This document shows positions 18,460 through 27,523 of a DNA stretch of 63,112 bases, one piece after another. How positions within the stretch are numbered: the first letter of the stretch is position 1; each line of letters begins with the position of its first letter. The notes under the pieces were generated by a model that was given only the letters and a program-made list of their open reading frames with translations, made no database searches and was not told the DNA's origin. Source of the stretch: Anaerolineae bacterium (GTDB lineage Bacteria; Chloroflexota; Anaerolineae; Anaerolineales; Villigracilaceae); assembly GCA_022616105.1 (NCBI GenBank), contig JAKEFL010000042.1, positions 1-63,112 on the forward strand, given 5' to 3'. The translations under genes and the position numbers were made by a program.

Positions 18460-19587
18460 ATGACAGAGTTCGGAAGACAACTTCGTAAATTCCGGCAACA
18501 GTGCAATGATCCGCTAAGTCCACATGGAAAACTTACCCAGGAGAAGTTTGGTGAACTTCTAGGCGAAGCGCTAGGGATCAGATATAGCGGTGCAGCAGTC
18601 AGTGATTGGGAACGCGGGGTAAGTAAAATCCATGCAGATCAACGGCAAGTGCTAATTAGTATTCTTAAAGTGTTAGCTCAGCGGGGTGGGATCAAGACAG
18701 TAATGGAAGCCAATCAGTTGTTGGAGGCTGGAAATTACCGCGCCCTTAATACAAAAGAGGTGCAGCAAATCTTTCCAAATGTTTCAAATGATTTGAATAT
18801 TAAACATTCCATTCCCAAACAAAAAATTTCCAAATCTTTTGTCCCCTTCCTTCTGGCCGACCTTTTCCATATGTCCGAGGATGAGCTGCAGGGGTTGCTT
18901 GCAAAGGCTGAAAAAGGACCGCCTCCGGCCTGGCCGCGCATTCTGGCAGCTTTCATGCGAAAAGCATTTGACCACTTGTCGTTTTCCACCGTCATTTGGA
19001 TTTGGCTCTGGCTGATTGCCTGGTGGCTGGTCACACCTTCCTGGCGCAGGTTGTTTGAGAATCGAGATGTGGCTTTAATTGCTATTGGAATGTATGTTGG
19101 CGGGTCATTAGGAATTCCCCTACTTATTGGATTGCTTGTCAACACCAAAGATAATGATTACTGGAAAGGACAAACCGAGGCGAACTCGTTTCTGGTACGT
19201 CTTTATACCTATCAAGGTGCAGGCATTGGATTTAACCTGGGTTATTTTCTTATATTTCCTCTGAGTCTGGCACGTCATTACTTGAATTTGGAGTCAGCAG
19301 CGTGGGTTACTATCCTGGTGGCTACATTAGGATTGATCCTGGGAAATATGTCTGCGCGCGTGGTTCCATACAACCTGTGGGTTGCATACGGACGATTAAG
19401 ATTCTCTGATGGTGCGATATTCTTCGTAGTGGCACTGCTCGGGCCCATGTGGGGATTATTTTTTCTTGAGTATTACTCTATCTTCCAAAGTCCCGTATGG
19501 GGAACATTGGTGATTCTGTTGGCAGTTACGTTGGCTGCGATGATCACTACGCGACAATCCAACAAGAAACTTTATACAGAACAATAA
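18460..19587 (+). CDS. XRE-type HTH protein with C-terminal multi-pass membrane domain
   Basis: FGRQLRKFR...LTQEKFGELL...AAVSDWERG; about six hydrophobic segments. Confidence 0.75.
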   Translation: MTEFGRQLRKFRQQCNDPLSPHGKLTQEKFGELLGEALGIRYSGAAVSDWERGVSKIHADQRQVLISILKVLAQRGGIKTVMEANQLLEAGNYRALNTKEVQQIFPNVSNDLNIKHSIPKQKISKSFVPFLLADLFHMSEDELQGLLAKAEKGPPPAWPRILAAFMRKAFDHLSFSTVIWIWLWLIAWWLVTPSWRRLFENRDVALIAIGMYVGGSLGIPLLIGLLVNTKDNDYWKGQTEANSFLVRLYTYQGAGIGFNLGYFLIFPLSLARHYLNLESAAWVTILVATLGLILGNMSARVVPYNLWVAYGRLRFSDGAIFFVVALLGPMWGLFFLEYYSIFQSPVWGTLVILLAVTLAAMITTRQSNKKLYTEQ

Positions 19588-19672
19588 GAGTTAAGTTAAT
19601 GGCGCGTTGAATATTTTAAGCCTCCCGCCAACTTCATAAATGAACATGCGTGCTATAATCCGTTTTGTCCCA

Positions 19673-19759
19673 TAGTCGCCAGTCGAATAGTCTCGTAGTC
19701 GGCTGAGAGAGTTCCACAAAGCGACTATCTGACCACTGGACTATCGGACTACAAGACTA
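19673..19759. repeat. Inverted 8-nt-period TAGTC/GACTA arrays (empty element)
   Basis: (T/C)AGTC at 19673, 19680, 19688, 19696; GAC(T/C)A at 19723, 19731, 19739, 19747, 19755. Confidence 0.75.
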
Positions 19760-19761
19760 CG

Positions 19762-22700
19762 ATGACCTTTGCCCACCTCCACGTTCACACGGAATACTCT
19801 TTGCTCGATGGCTTCTCGAATATCAAGAAGCTCGTGCGGCGCGTGAAGGAATTGGAAATGCCCGCCGTGGCAATTACCGACCATGGCACGATGTTTGGGG
19901 TGATTGACTTTTACAAAGCGGCTACAACCGAAGGAATCAAGCCGATCATCGGAGTCGAAGCCTATCTTTCCGCACGTGGGATGACAGACCGCGACTCGAA
20001 ACTTGACCGTACATCCTCTCATTTGCTATTACTTGCAGAAAACGAGACCGGCTACAAGAACCTGCTCAAGATTTCTTCCGCTGCACAACTTGAAGGCTTC
20101 TATTATTATCCCCGCATTGATCATGACTTTTTAGCGGCTCACTCCGAAGGGATCATCTGTACTTCTGGATGTATGTCTGCTGAAATTCCGCGCTTTTTGT
20201 TGGATGACAAACCGGAAGAAGCAGTCCAGCGCATGAACTGGTATTACGATGTCTTTGGCAAAGACCGTTTCTTTGTTGAACTCCAGCAGCACAATATTAA
20301 AGAGATCACGGACTTAAATCGTAAACTGGTCGAGATGGGGGCGCGTTACTCAGCAAAATACGTAGCAACGAACGATGTGCACTACATTAACCAGGACGAC
20401 TGGCGCTTGCAGGATATTCTGCTCGCCATCCAAACGCAGACGATCCTCACCGACCCCGACCGCATGCGCATGACAGACGACTCATATTACCTCCGCACGC
20501 CAGCGGAAATGAGTCAACTTTTTACGGAAGTCCCTGAAACATTGAGCAACACCTTGCTTATTGCTGAACGCTGCAATGTGGACTTATCGTTCAAGGGCTA
20601 TCACCTGCCTGATTTCCCTGTCCCTGAGGGATTCACAACCGAAACATACCTCCGTTATCTGTGTGAAGAAGGGGCGAGAAAACGCTATGGGGATCGCGCG
20701 GCCAGTGAAGAAGTCCAGGAAAGAATCGATTATGAGTTGGGCGTGGTCCACAAAATGGGATTCGACGCGTACTTCCTGATCGTATGGGACTTATGTCGTT
20801 ATGCCCGCGAGAATGAGATCTGGTATAACGCGCGCGGTTCAGCCGCGGGTTCAATCGTCGCGTATGTGCTGGAGATCACGATTGTTGATCCGATCCAGCA
20901 CGATCTGTTGTTCGAACGATTCCTGAACCCGGGCCGTATCTCTATGCCCGATATTGACCTTGATTTCCGCGATGACCGCCGCGCCGAAATGCTTGAGTAT
21001 TGCACGCGAAAATACGCAAGTGACAAGGTCGCACAGATTATTACATTTGGCACGATGGGAACGAAAGCGGCCCTGCGCGACGTAGGACGCGTAATGGATA
21101 TCCCATTGCCTGAGGTAGACCGCGTTGCAAAGCTGGTGCCGTTTGTTTCAGGCCGCACAACCACCATGCAGGACGCGCTCGAAGTCCCTGAGTTTAAAAA
21201 GATTTACAACGAAGAATCGCATTTGCGCGAGCTGATCGATATTGCCACCAAAATGGAAGGCACAGTTCGCAATGCAGGGACACATGCCGCGGGCGTGGTG
21301 ATCTCGGACAAGCCGTTGCTTGAATATCTGCCTTTGCATCGCCCCACATCGAATTCAGAAGAGACACCCATCAAAACTGTGACACAGTTCGAAATGGGCA
21401 TTCTCGATTCGCTTGGCATGTTGAAAGTGGATTTCCTTGGCCTCATCACATTGACTGTGATGGCAAAAGCCTGTGAATTGATCGAGAAACGGCACGGCAT
21501 TAAATATGATTTAAGCAATATTCCATTGGATGATCCGAAATCATTTGAATTAATGGGCAACGGGCAGACGGCAGGCGTCTTCCAGGTGGAAGGTGGCGGC
21601 ATGACGCGCTATCTCGTGCAAATGAAGCCCAAGTCGCTGGATAATATCATCGCCATGGTAGCACTCTATCGCCCGGGACCGATGGCTTTCATTCCGGATT
21701 ACATTGCGCGTATGCATGGTGAAGCGGATGTGGAGTTTCGCCATCCGGCATTGGAATCTATCTTCCAGGATACGTTTGGAATTCCTGTATATCAAGAGCA
21801 GTTGATGCGCGCCGCAGTCGAACTCGCTGGATATACCCCTTCAGAATCAGATGAACTTCGCAAGGCAATTTCGAAGAAGAACAAAAAAGATATTGATAAG
21901 CATCGCGAGAAATTCGTGAAAGGGGCTGTAAAGCAAGGCATGGAGAAGGCAACTGCAGAATCGATCTATAGCGACTGGGAGGAGTTCGCGCGATATGGAT
22001 TTAATAAGTGTTTGCCTGGGGATGTGGAGATATTGGATGCTTCAACAGGACTCCTCATAAAAATTGAAGATTTGTATTACGGCCTAAAACAAATCACAAC
22101 CACGCTTTCATGTGATATTCCTACTTTGAAGTTGAAAAATCAGCCAATCACTCAGGTAATAGACAATGGCATCAAGCCCGTTTTCCGACTCACAACAGCA
22201 TCTGGGCGTGTAATCGAAGCAACAGGTAATCATCCATTCTACACTTATCATGGATGGCGCCAGTTAGATGAATTAGAGTCTGATGATTTTATTGCAGTTC
22301 CGAGAGTTATCCGTGTTGAAGGGCAGAGTGAATGGCCTGAGAATGAGGTCATTGCACTGGGGCATTTGTTAGCAGAAGGAAACCTATGCCACCCACATTC
22401 TGTATACTTTTATAGCCAGGATATTGACCAAGTTAATGACTTCGTTCAAGCTGCCAATTCTTTTGAAAATGTGAAATGCACAATCGCTACTCATAAAAGC
22501 ACATACTCCATTTATGCTGCGCGCGCAGATAAAAGATTCCCGCCAAGAATTTTCACCTGGTCGGGTGAACTTGGTTTGCTTGGCAAGAATGCCCGCACTA
22601 AGGAAATCCCTGCTTCGGTATTCGAATTGAACAATCGTCAAATCGGGTTAATGATCAGCCGCATGTGGGAAGGTGATGGCCATATCGATATGCGCGGGCA

Positions 22701-25002
22701 CAGTTTATATTATGCCACCGCGTCACATCGGACGGCGAGTCAACTTCAGCACTTATTATTGCGTTTCGGCATTATTGGCCGCGTCCGTACAGTGGAATTT
22801 CCTTATAAGGAAGGACGCATTGGATATCAAGTCTTTATTACGGGCCACGAGAACTTCGTGAGATTTGCGGAGCACATTGGTTGTTACTTCCTCAGCAAAA
22901 AACGCAGATCTATTATCGAGTATCTCGCTTCTTATATTCCGCCTGAAAAGATTGGCACAAAAGATATTGTTCCAGCTAGTGTCAAGGAATATATTCGTGC
23001 CGCGAAGGATCAATCAGGTCTAACGTGGACAAACCTCTCCCAAATTACGGGTGTGGCGCCTCGCGAGTTCCATCCAACCAATTCGGCTGGCAAGATCGGA
23101 TTCCGACGCAATACATTACAAAGATTAGGCAATTATTTCGATGATCCCAATATCAAACGCTATGCTGAAAGTGACCTTTATTGGGATCGTATTGCCTATA
23201 TTGAATACGTTGGGGAAAAACAAACTTACGATCTTGAAATTGCTGACACACATAACTTTATTGCAAACAATATTCTGGTTCACAACAGTCATGCCGCCGA
23301 CTATGGCGTGATCGCTGTCCAAACAGCGTATCTCAAATCACATTATCCTGCCGAATATATGACTGCATTGCTCTCCGCTTCTGCGGGCATCACGGAAAAA
23401 GTTGCGTTCTACATCTCCGACGCGCGCAGCATGGGTGTGCATGTTCTGCCAATTGAGATCAACGCCTCTGGCTGGGACTTTGCGATTGAAGATGTAGAAG
23501 ATAAGGCACATATTCGCTTTGGATTTGGGGCAGTAAAGAATGTAGGTCAGGGCGCGGTGGAATTAATCCTCGAAGAACGCGATCAAAATGGCGTCTTTAA
23601 AAATCTCAATGACTTTGCCCGCCGCGTCGATTTGCGCGCAGTTGGAAAGCGCGCGCTCGAATGTCTGATCAAGGTCGGCGCAATGGATTCGTTCGGTAAC
23701 CGTGCCGCACTGCTTGCCTCGCTCGACCGCGTTGTATCCATCAGCAGCAATCATTTCCGCGCGGCGGAGGCGGGACAGATGAGTCTCTTCGGCGCGGCGA
23801 CTGGTGTGATAGATGAGATCACTCTTCCAGATGTCAACAATGTGGATAAACGCGAGATGCTCAACTGGGAGCGTGAGCTGATAGGTCTTTACATCTCAGA
23901 CCATCCACTTACGCCGTATCAAAAAACTTTTGCGCAGATCGTCAGTTATTTTTCGGGTCAACTCGGCGAAGCGCAGCATGAAGAGAAAGTCCGTTTGGCG
24001 GGTCTCATCACCGCCGTTCGTCCGTATATGACCAAGACCAACAAGCCGATGGGTTTCGTCACACTCGAAGATATCCAGGGCAATATCGAACTTGTACTGT
24101 TCCCGCGCACATGGGAGAAAACGCGCGTGCAGCTCACAGTCGGTCAGATCGTGATCGTCGAAGGCAAGGTGGATATGAACAGCACTCCACCGAAGGTCCT
24201 TGTGGATACGATTCGGACTGAGATCAAGATTCTTGAATCATTGGACGCTTCGTCTCCGCTCAGCGCGAATGAGCCGCCTCTCACCAAGCCTGCGCCTGCT
24301 CCTGTTCAAAAAGCGACTCCAACGCCCAAACATCCTCCCATCAACACCCCATCGACGCGCGTTCCCGCGCCTCAAATTGCAGAATCCATGCCTGCATACT
24401 CCGCAGGACAGGATGCCATTCCGCCCTACGATGACATTCCACCTCCACCCCCTGATAACTTCCCCGATGGCTGGGATAGTGAATGGCAGCCCTCATTTGA
24501 AAACGCGGAGCTCGCTGCCCGCCCCGAGCCTGTAGGATACACACCGCCGCGTGATTTAGCTGCCCAATCAGTCGAGGAGATAAAAGAGGACACAGCTGAA
24601 TCGACTGCTGATAAACAGGAACAAGTTGAGGCGGTGCATGAAGCGCTGGCAGTCCAGCCGATTGAGTCTCTTCCAAACGAGACTCTTTCCATGCCGCCTT
24701 CGTTATACGTTCCGCTTGCAAAGGAAGAAAAGGACAAGGAACACCGGCCGCAGCAAATCACAGTGACCCTGCGCTCAACGGGTGACAAGGAATGGGATAA
24801 GCGCAGAATAAAATCGATCTATGGCACGCTCATCTCATTCCACGGGCGGGACCGGTTCAGTTTCCAGATCTTTGAGAATGGCTCAGGGCATCTGATCGAT
24901 TTCCCCAACGATACAACGCGCGTCTGCCCCGAAATGCTCGAACGCCTGAAAAAGTTGATGGGGCAGGAGAGCTGGCGCGTGGAAGAAATTACGTTTCAAT
25001 AA
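19762..25002 (+). CDS. dnaE: DNA polymerase III alpha subunit with intein
   Basis: HLHVHTEYSLLDG PHP motif, RGSAAGS, MPDIDLDF, GFNK/SHA, OB fold. Confidence 0.97.
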   Translation: MTFAHLHVHTEYSLLDGFSNIKKLVRRVKELEMPAVAITDHGTMFGVIDFYKAATTEGIKPIIGVEAYLSARGMTDRDSKLDRTSSHLLLLAENETGYKNLLKISSAAQLEGFYYYPRIDHDFLAAHSEGIICTSGCMSAEIPRFLLDDKPEEAVQRMNWYYDVFGKDRFFVELQQHNIKEITDLNRKLVEMGARYSAKYVATNDVHYINQDDWRLQDILLAIQTQTILTDPDRMRMTDDSYYLRTPAEMSQLFTEVPETLSNTLLIAERCNVDLSFKGYHLPDFPVPEGFTTETYLRYLCEEGARKRYGDRAASEEVQERIDYELGVVHKMGFDAYFLIVWDLCRYARENEIWYNARGSAAGSIVAYVLEITIVDPIQHDLLFERFLNPGRISMPDIDLDFRDDRRAEMLEYCTRKYASDKVAQIITFGTMGTKAALRDVGRVMDIPLPEVDRVAKLVPFVSGRTTTMQDALEVPEFKKIYNEESHLRELIDIATKMEGTVRNAGTHAAGVVISDKPLLEYLPLHRPTSNSEETPIKTVTQFEMGILDSLGMLKVDFLGLITLTVMAKACELIEKRHGIKYDLSNIPLDDPKSFELMGNGQTAGVFQVEGGGMTRYLVQMKPKSLDNIIAMVALYRPGPMAFIPDYIARMHGEADVEFRHPALESIFQDTFGIPVYQEQLMRAAVELAGYTPSESDELRKAISKKNKKDIDKHREKFVKGAVKQGMEKATAESIYSDWEEFARYGFNKCLPGDVEILDASTGLLIKIEDLYYGLKQITTTLSCDIPTLKLKNQPITQVIDNGIKPVFRLTTASGRVIEATGNHPFYTYHGWRQLDELESDDFIAVPRVIRVEGQSEWPENEVIALGHLLAEGNLCHPHSVYFYSQDIDQVNDFVQAANSFENVKCTIATHKSTYSIYAARADKRFPPRIFTWSGELGLLGKNARTKEIPASVFELNNRQIGLMISRMWEGDGHIDMRGHSLYYATASHRTASQLQHLLLRFGIIGRVRTVEFPYKEGRIGYQVFITGHENFVRFAEHIGCYFLSKKRRSIIEYLASYIPPEKIGTKDIVPASVKEYIRAAKDQSGLTWTNLSQITGVAPREFHPTNSAGKIGFRRNTLQRLGNYFDDPNIKRYAESDLYWDRIAYIEYVGEKQTYDLEIADTHNFIANNILVHNSHAADYGVIAVQTAYLKSHYPAEYMTALLSASAGITEKVAFYISDARSMGVHVLPIEINASGWDFAIEDVEDKAHIRFGFGAVKNVGQGAVELILEERDQNGVFKNLNDFARRVDLRAVGKRALECLIKVGAMDSFGNRAALLASLDRVVSISSNHFRAAEAGQMSLFGAATGVIDEITLPDVNNVDKREMLNWERELIGLYISDHPLTPYQKTFAQIVSYFSGQLGEAQHEEKVRLAGLITAVRPYMTKTNKPMGFVTLEDIQGNIELVLFPRTWEKTRVQLTVGQIVIVEGKVDMNSTPPKVLVDTIRTEIKILESLDASSPLSANEPPLTKPAPAPVQKATPTPKHPPINTPSTRVPAPQIAESMPAYSAGQDAIPPYDDIPPPPPDNFPDGWDSEWQPSFENAELAARPEPVGYTPPRDLAAQSVEEIKEDTAESTADKQEQVEAVHEALAVQPIESLPNETLSMPPSLYVPLAKEEKDKEHRPQQITVTLRSTGDKEWDKRRIKSIYGTLISFHGRDRFSFQIFENGSGHLIDFPNDTTRVCPEMLERLKKLMGQESWRVEEITFQ
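22009..23286 (+). mobile_element. Intein (426 aa) with LAGLIDADG homing endonuclease
   Basis: GFNK|CLPGD...ATGNHPF...LGHLLAEG...RMWEGDG...TYDLEI..THNFIANNILVHN|SHAADY. Confidence 0.95.
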
Positions 25003-25090
25003 CCCCTCACCGCATTACACCTCTCACAATCTCCCCGCTCGCAAAGTAAGGCGAGCGGGTCTTTTTATCATCTCTTGCACATGGTCGAAT
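24996..25090 (-). pseudogene. Displaced old 3' end of the AAC(3)-family gene
   Basis: Reads DPLALLCERGDCERCNAVRGY* versus DPLALLCERLDCERCNAIKSF* at 26309-26400. Confidence 0.8.
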
Positions 25091-25229
25091 TTGGACTTGA
25101 TGCCATTGAGCATAGCTACACTGGGGATGTGATAAGGAAAGGAGGGAACTTGCAAGCACAAAATACGATGTTGACAATAATAACCTTGATGTTTACAATA
25201 ATGTAAATTATGTTTACAAAAGGTGAGAT

Positions 25230-26273
25230 ATGGCAAAGGCTGGCTTTGAAGAAATCAAGAAATTTATTGTTGAACATGTTTCTGAGCACCCTAGAGATAT
25301 CACAAGATTAACTGCGAATAAGTTTTCAATCACTAGACAGGCTGTTTTAAGGCATTTGAATAAACTGGTGTCTGATGGCACGCTTACAGTTGAAGGAAAG
25401 ACAAAAGATCGTGCCTACTTTCTGTCCCCAATTGTTGAACAAGTCTTCAGATTTCGCATTACGCCAGAACTCAGTGAGGATAAAATTTGGCGAGAAAATG
25501 TGCGTCCATTATTCAAAGACATCGCTCTGAATGTTCTTGGAATTTGCCAATATGGGTTCACAGAGATGATGAATAATGCAATTGATCACTCAGAAGGTGA
25601 TAAAGTAACTGTCTTGGTTACTATATGGCCATCTAACATTATGTTACAAATCGTAGATAATGGTGTTGGTATCTTCAAAAAAATCCAGACCACATTGGGT
25701 TTGGATGATGAGCGTCATGCCATTTTGGAGCTGACGAAGGGCAAACTCACCACAGATCCTGCTCGGCATACCGGTGAGGGAATTTTCTTTACATCACGAA
25801 TGTTTGATACTTTCATTATAAATTCTGATAACCTTGCATTACTTTGTATTAATGGAAAGGATTGGTTATTGGAACAAGATAAGTCTCGTGCCAGAGGAAC
25901 TGCTATTGTGATGCAAATTTCACCATACTCTACCCGCACGAGTCAATCAGTGTTTGATCAGTACACCAATGCAGAAGATGAGTTTGGATTTGCCAAAACC
26001 ACTATACCAGTTAAGTTATCAAGATACGGTGATGAAAATCTGGTCTCTCGTTCTCAGGCTAAACGTCTGCTTGCACGTATTGAGCGCTTTCGAGAAGTAA
26101 TCTTTGACTTTAACGATGTCGAAATGATAGGGCAGGCTTTTGCGGATGAAGTATTTCGAGTCTTTCAAAATCAGAATCCGCACGTTCATTTGATGTGGTC
26201 AAATGCGAACAAGCAAGTAGAGCGGATGATTTTACATGCACGAAATCAGCCGGTGCAAGACTTTAATGAATAA
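25230..26273 (+). CDS. wHTH + HATPase + STAS-like (DUF4325) protein
   Basis: ITRQAVLRHL HTH; TEMMNNAIDHS, DNGVGIF, HTGEGIFFTSRMFD; SRSQAKRLL...FADEVFRVF. Confidence 0.85.
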   Translation: MAKAGFEEIKKFIVEHVSEHPRDITRLTANKFSITRQAVLRHLNKLVSDGTLTVEGKTKDRAYFLSPIVEQVFRFRITPELSEDKIWRENVRPLFKDIALNVLGICQYGFTEMMNNAIDHSEGDKVTVLVTIWPSNIMLQIVDNGVGIFKKIQTTLGLDDERHAILELTKGKLTTDPARHTGEGIFFTSRMFDTFIINSDNLALLCINGKDWLLEQDKSRARGTAIVMQISPYSTRTSQSVFDQYTNAEDEFGFAKTTIPVKLSRYGDENLVSRSQAKRLLARIERFREVIFDFNDVEMIGQAFADEVFRVFQNQNPHVHLMWSNANKQVERMILHARNQPVQDFNE

Positions 26274-26308
26274 GACAAGATGAATGAAGTTAATTTACAA
26301 TGATATCC

Positions 26309-27091
26309 CTAGAAACTTTTAATCGCATTGCACCTCTCACAATCCAGCCGCTCACAAAGTAAGGCGAGCGGATCTTTTTTAATTATCTCCTGCACTGCGT
26401 CGAACAATCTCTTGAGGGGGAGGGCTTCAATAAAAGCATCACCAATCTCTACGCGGCTCGTATCTGGTTTGATATATTCTTCAATAGCTTGAAAGCCGGA
26501 TGAGTCACCCGGGTAGCCCGGGCATTCCACCACGCGGTCACCGACCAATGCCCAGCGGACGAATTGTCTGCGCCCTGCAAGTTTTTCAGCATAGTGAATG
26601 CTTGTGTTAACCGAGTGGTCAACGTTGATAAGCACAATCCATCCATTCTGTTCCGCCAGCGCACCAATGGGAGCCAGTGGCTCGTAAAGAGTTTGGGTTG
26701 CCAATGCAGAATCCATCCCGAATCCGCCAAAAGACAGGATCGGGTGCGCGGTGCGGATCGAAGATTCCTGTTGCAGTAATATCCATGGCAGAATGCCGAT
26801 CATTTTGTCTGGAGGCATCGTGATCTGAAATGGTTCGGCTCTTTTATTGTTATCCCGGTCACTGCCGTATGTTATTCCATTGTTCGGAGGACCGACTTCA
26901 GGCGTGACCATCGTGTTATATGTAAATGTCGGCATGATTAATCCGCTTGAGGAGTCCAGCAGGGCATGCAGCACAGTTGGCGCGCCGCCCTCCACATCAC
27001 CGAATCTTCTAAATGCCGCATGCCCAATCACAGGCTTATCAGCAAGGTTTAAGGCTTCAAATGTAGATCTCAATTCGTGGTAACTAAGCAT
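26309..27091 (-). CDS. AAC(3)-family N-acetyltransferase homolog
   Basis: LIMPTFTY, RTAHPILSF, NTSIHYAE; C-terminal CxxxxCxxC. Confidence 0.8.
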   Translation of the reverse strand: MLSYHELRSTFEALNLADKPVIGHAAFRRFGDVEGGAPTVLHALLDSSSGLIMPTFTYNTMVTPEVGPPNNGITYGSDRDNNKRAEPFQITMPPDKMIGILPWILLQQESSIRTAHPILSFGGFGMDSALATQTLYEPLAPIGALAEQNGWIVLINVDHSVNTSIHYAEKLAGRRQFVRWALVGDRVVECPGYPGDSSGFQAIEEYIKPDTSRVEIGDAFIEALPLKRLFDAVQEIIKKDPLALLCERLDCERCNAIKSF

Positions 27092-27093
27092 AA

Positions 27094-27523
27094 TAGTCTC
27101 TTGGTCATTTAGTCTGGTAGTCGTATAGTCAAGAAGACTTTTTGGAGGTTTACTTCTTCTCAGATAAGCTATGAGTGCATAGATGATCTTTTTCGTTTCT
27201 GTGGCTTTGTCATGGATTTGCTTGAAAACAGTCTTATCAACATAATTTCGATCCAAAGCCAGGTAGATTTCTGATTGTATCTCGCTTGCAGAGCGGCGTG
27301 CATATTTTAGGAATACAACAAACTCATTGTCGAAACCGGCATCGAATCCTTCAGCACAATTGTGCATCACAGAACCTGCTGCGCCTCGAATCTGATCTCG
27401 TAACTTGAAATCTTTGGCAAATTTGCCAGCACACGCACCTGTTGCCATGCCTGCAAGTCTTCAAACTTTTCAATTTTCATTCTTCCTCCTAGATGACCAC
27501 GTGACTATTTGACTAAAAGACTA
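27094..27523. mobile_element. Four-helix-bundle gene cassette bounded by inverted 8-nt-period arrays
   Basis: T(A/G)GTC at 27094, 27102, 27110, 27118, 27126; GAC(T/C)A at 27495, 27503, 27511, 27519. Confidence 0.6.
27131..27480 (-). pseudogene. Four helix bundle (23S rRNA IVP-family) gene, frameshifted by internal deletion
   Basis: ATG 27480 with AGGAGG: MKIEKFEDLQAWQQVRVLAN, then other frame KFAKDFKLRDQIRGAAGSVMHNCAEGF...SASEIQSEIY. Confidence 0.8.

Noticed and set aside
26309-27448. 379-aa four-helix-bundle/AAC(3) fusion protein in the ORF track
   Set aside because: It arises from a frameshifted pseudogene reading through a repeat array; AAC(3) most plausibly starts at 27091.
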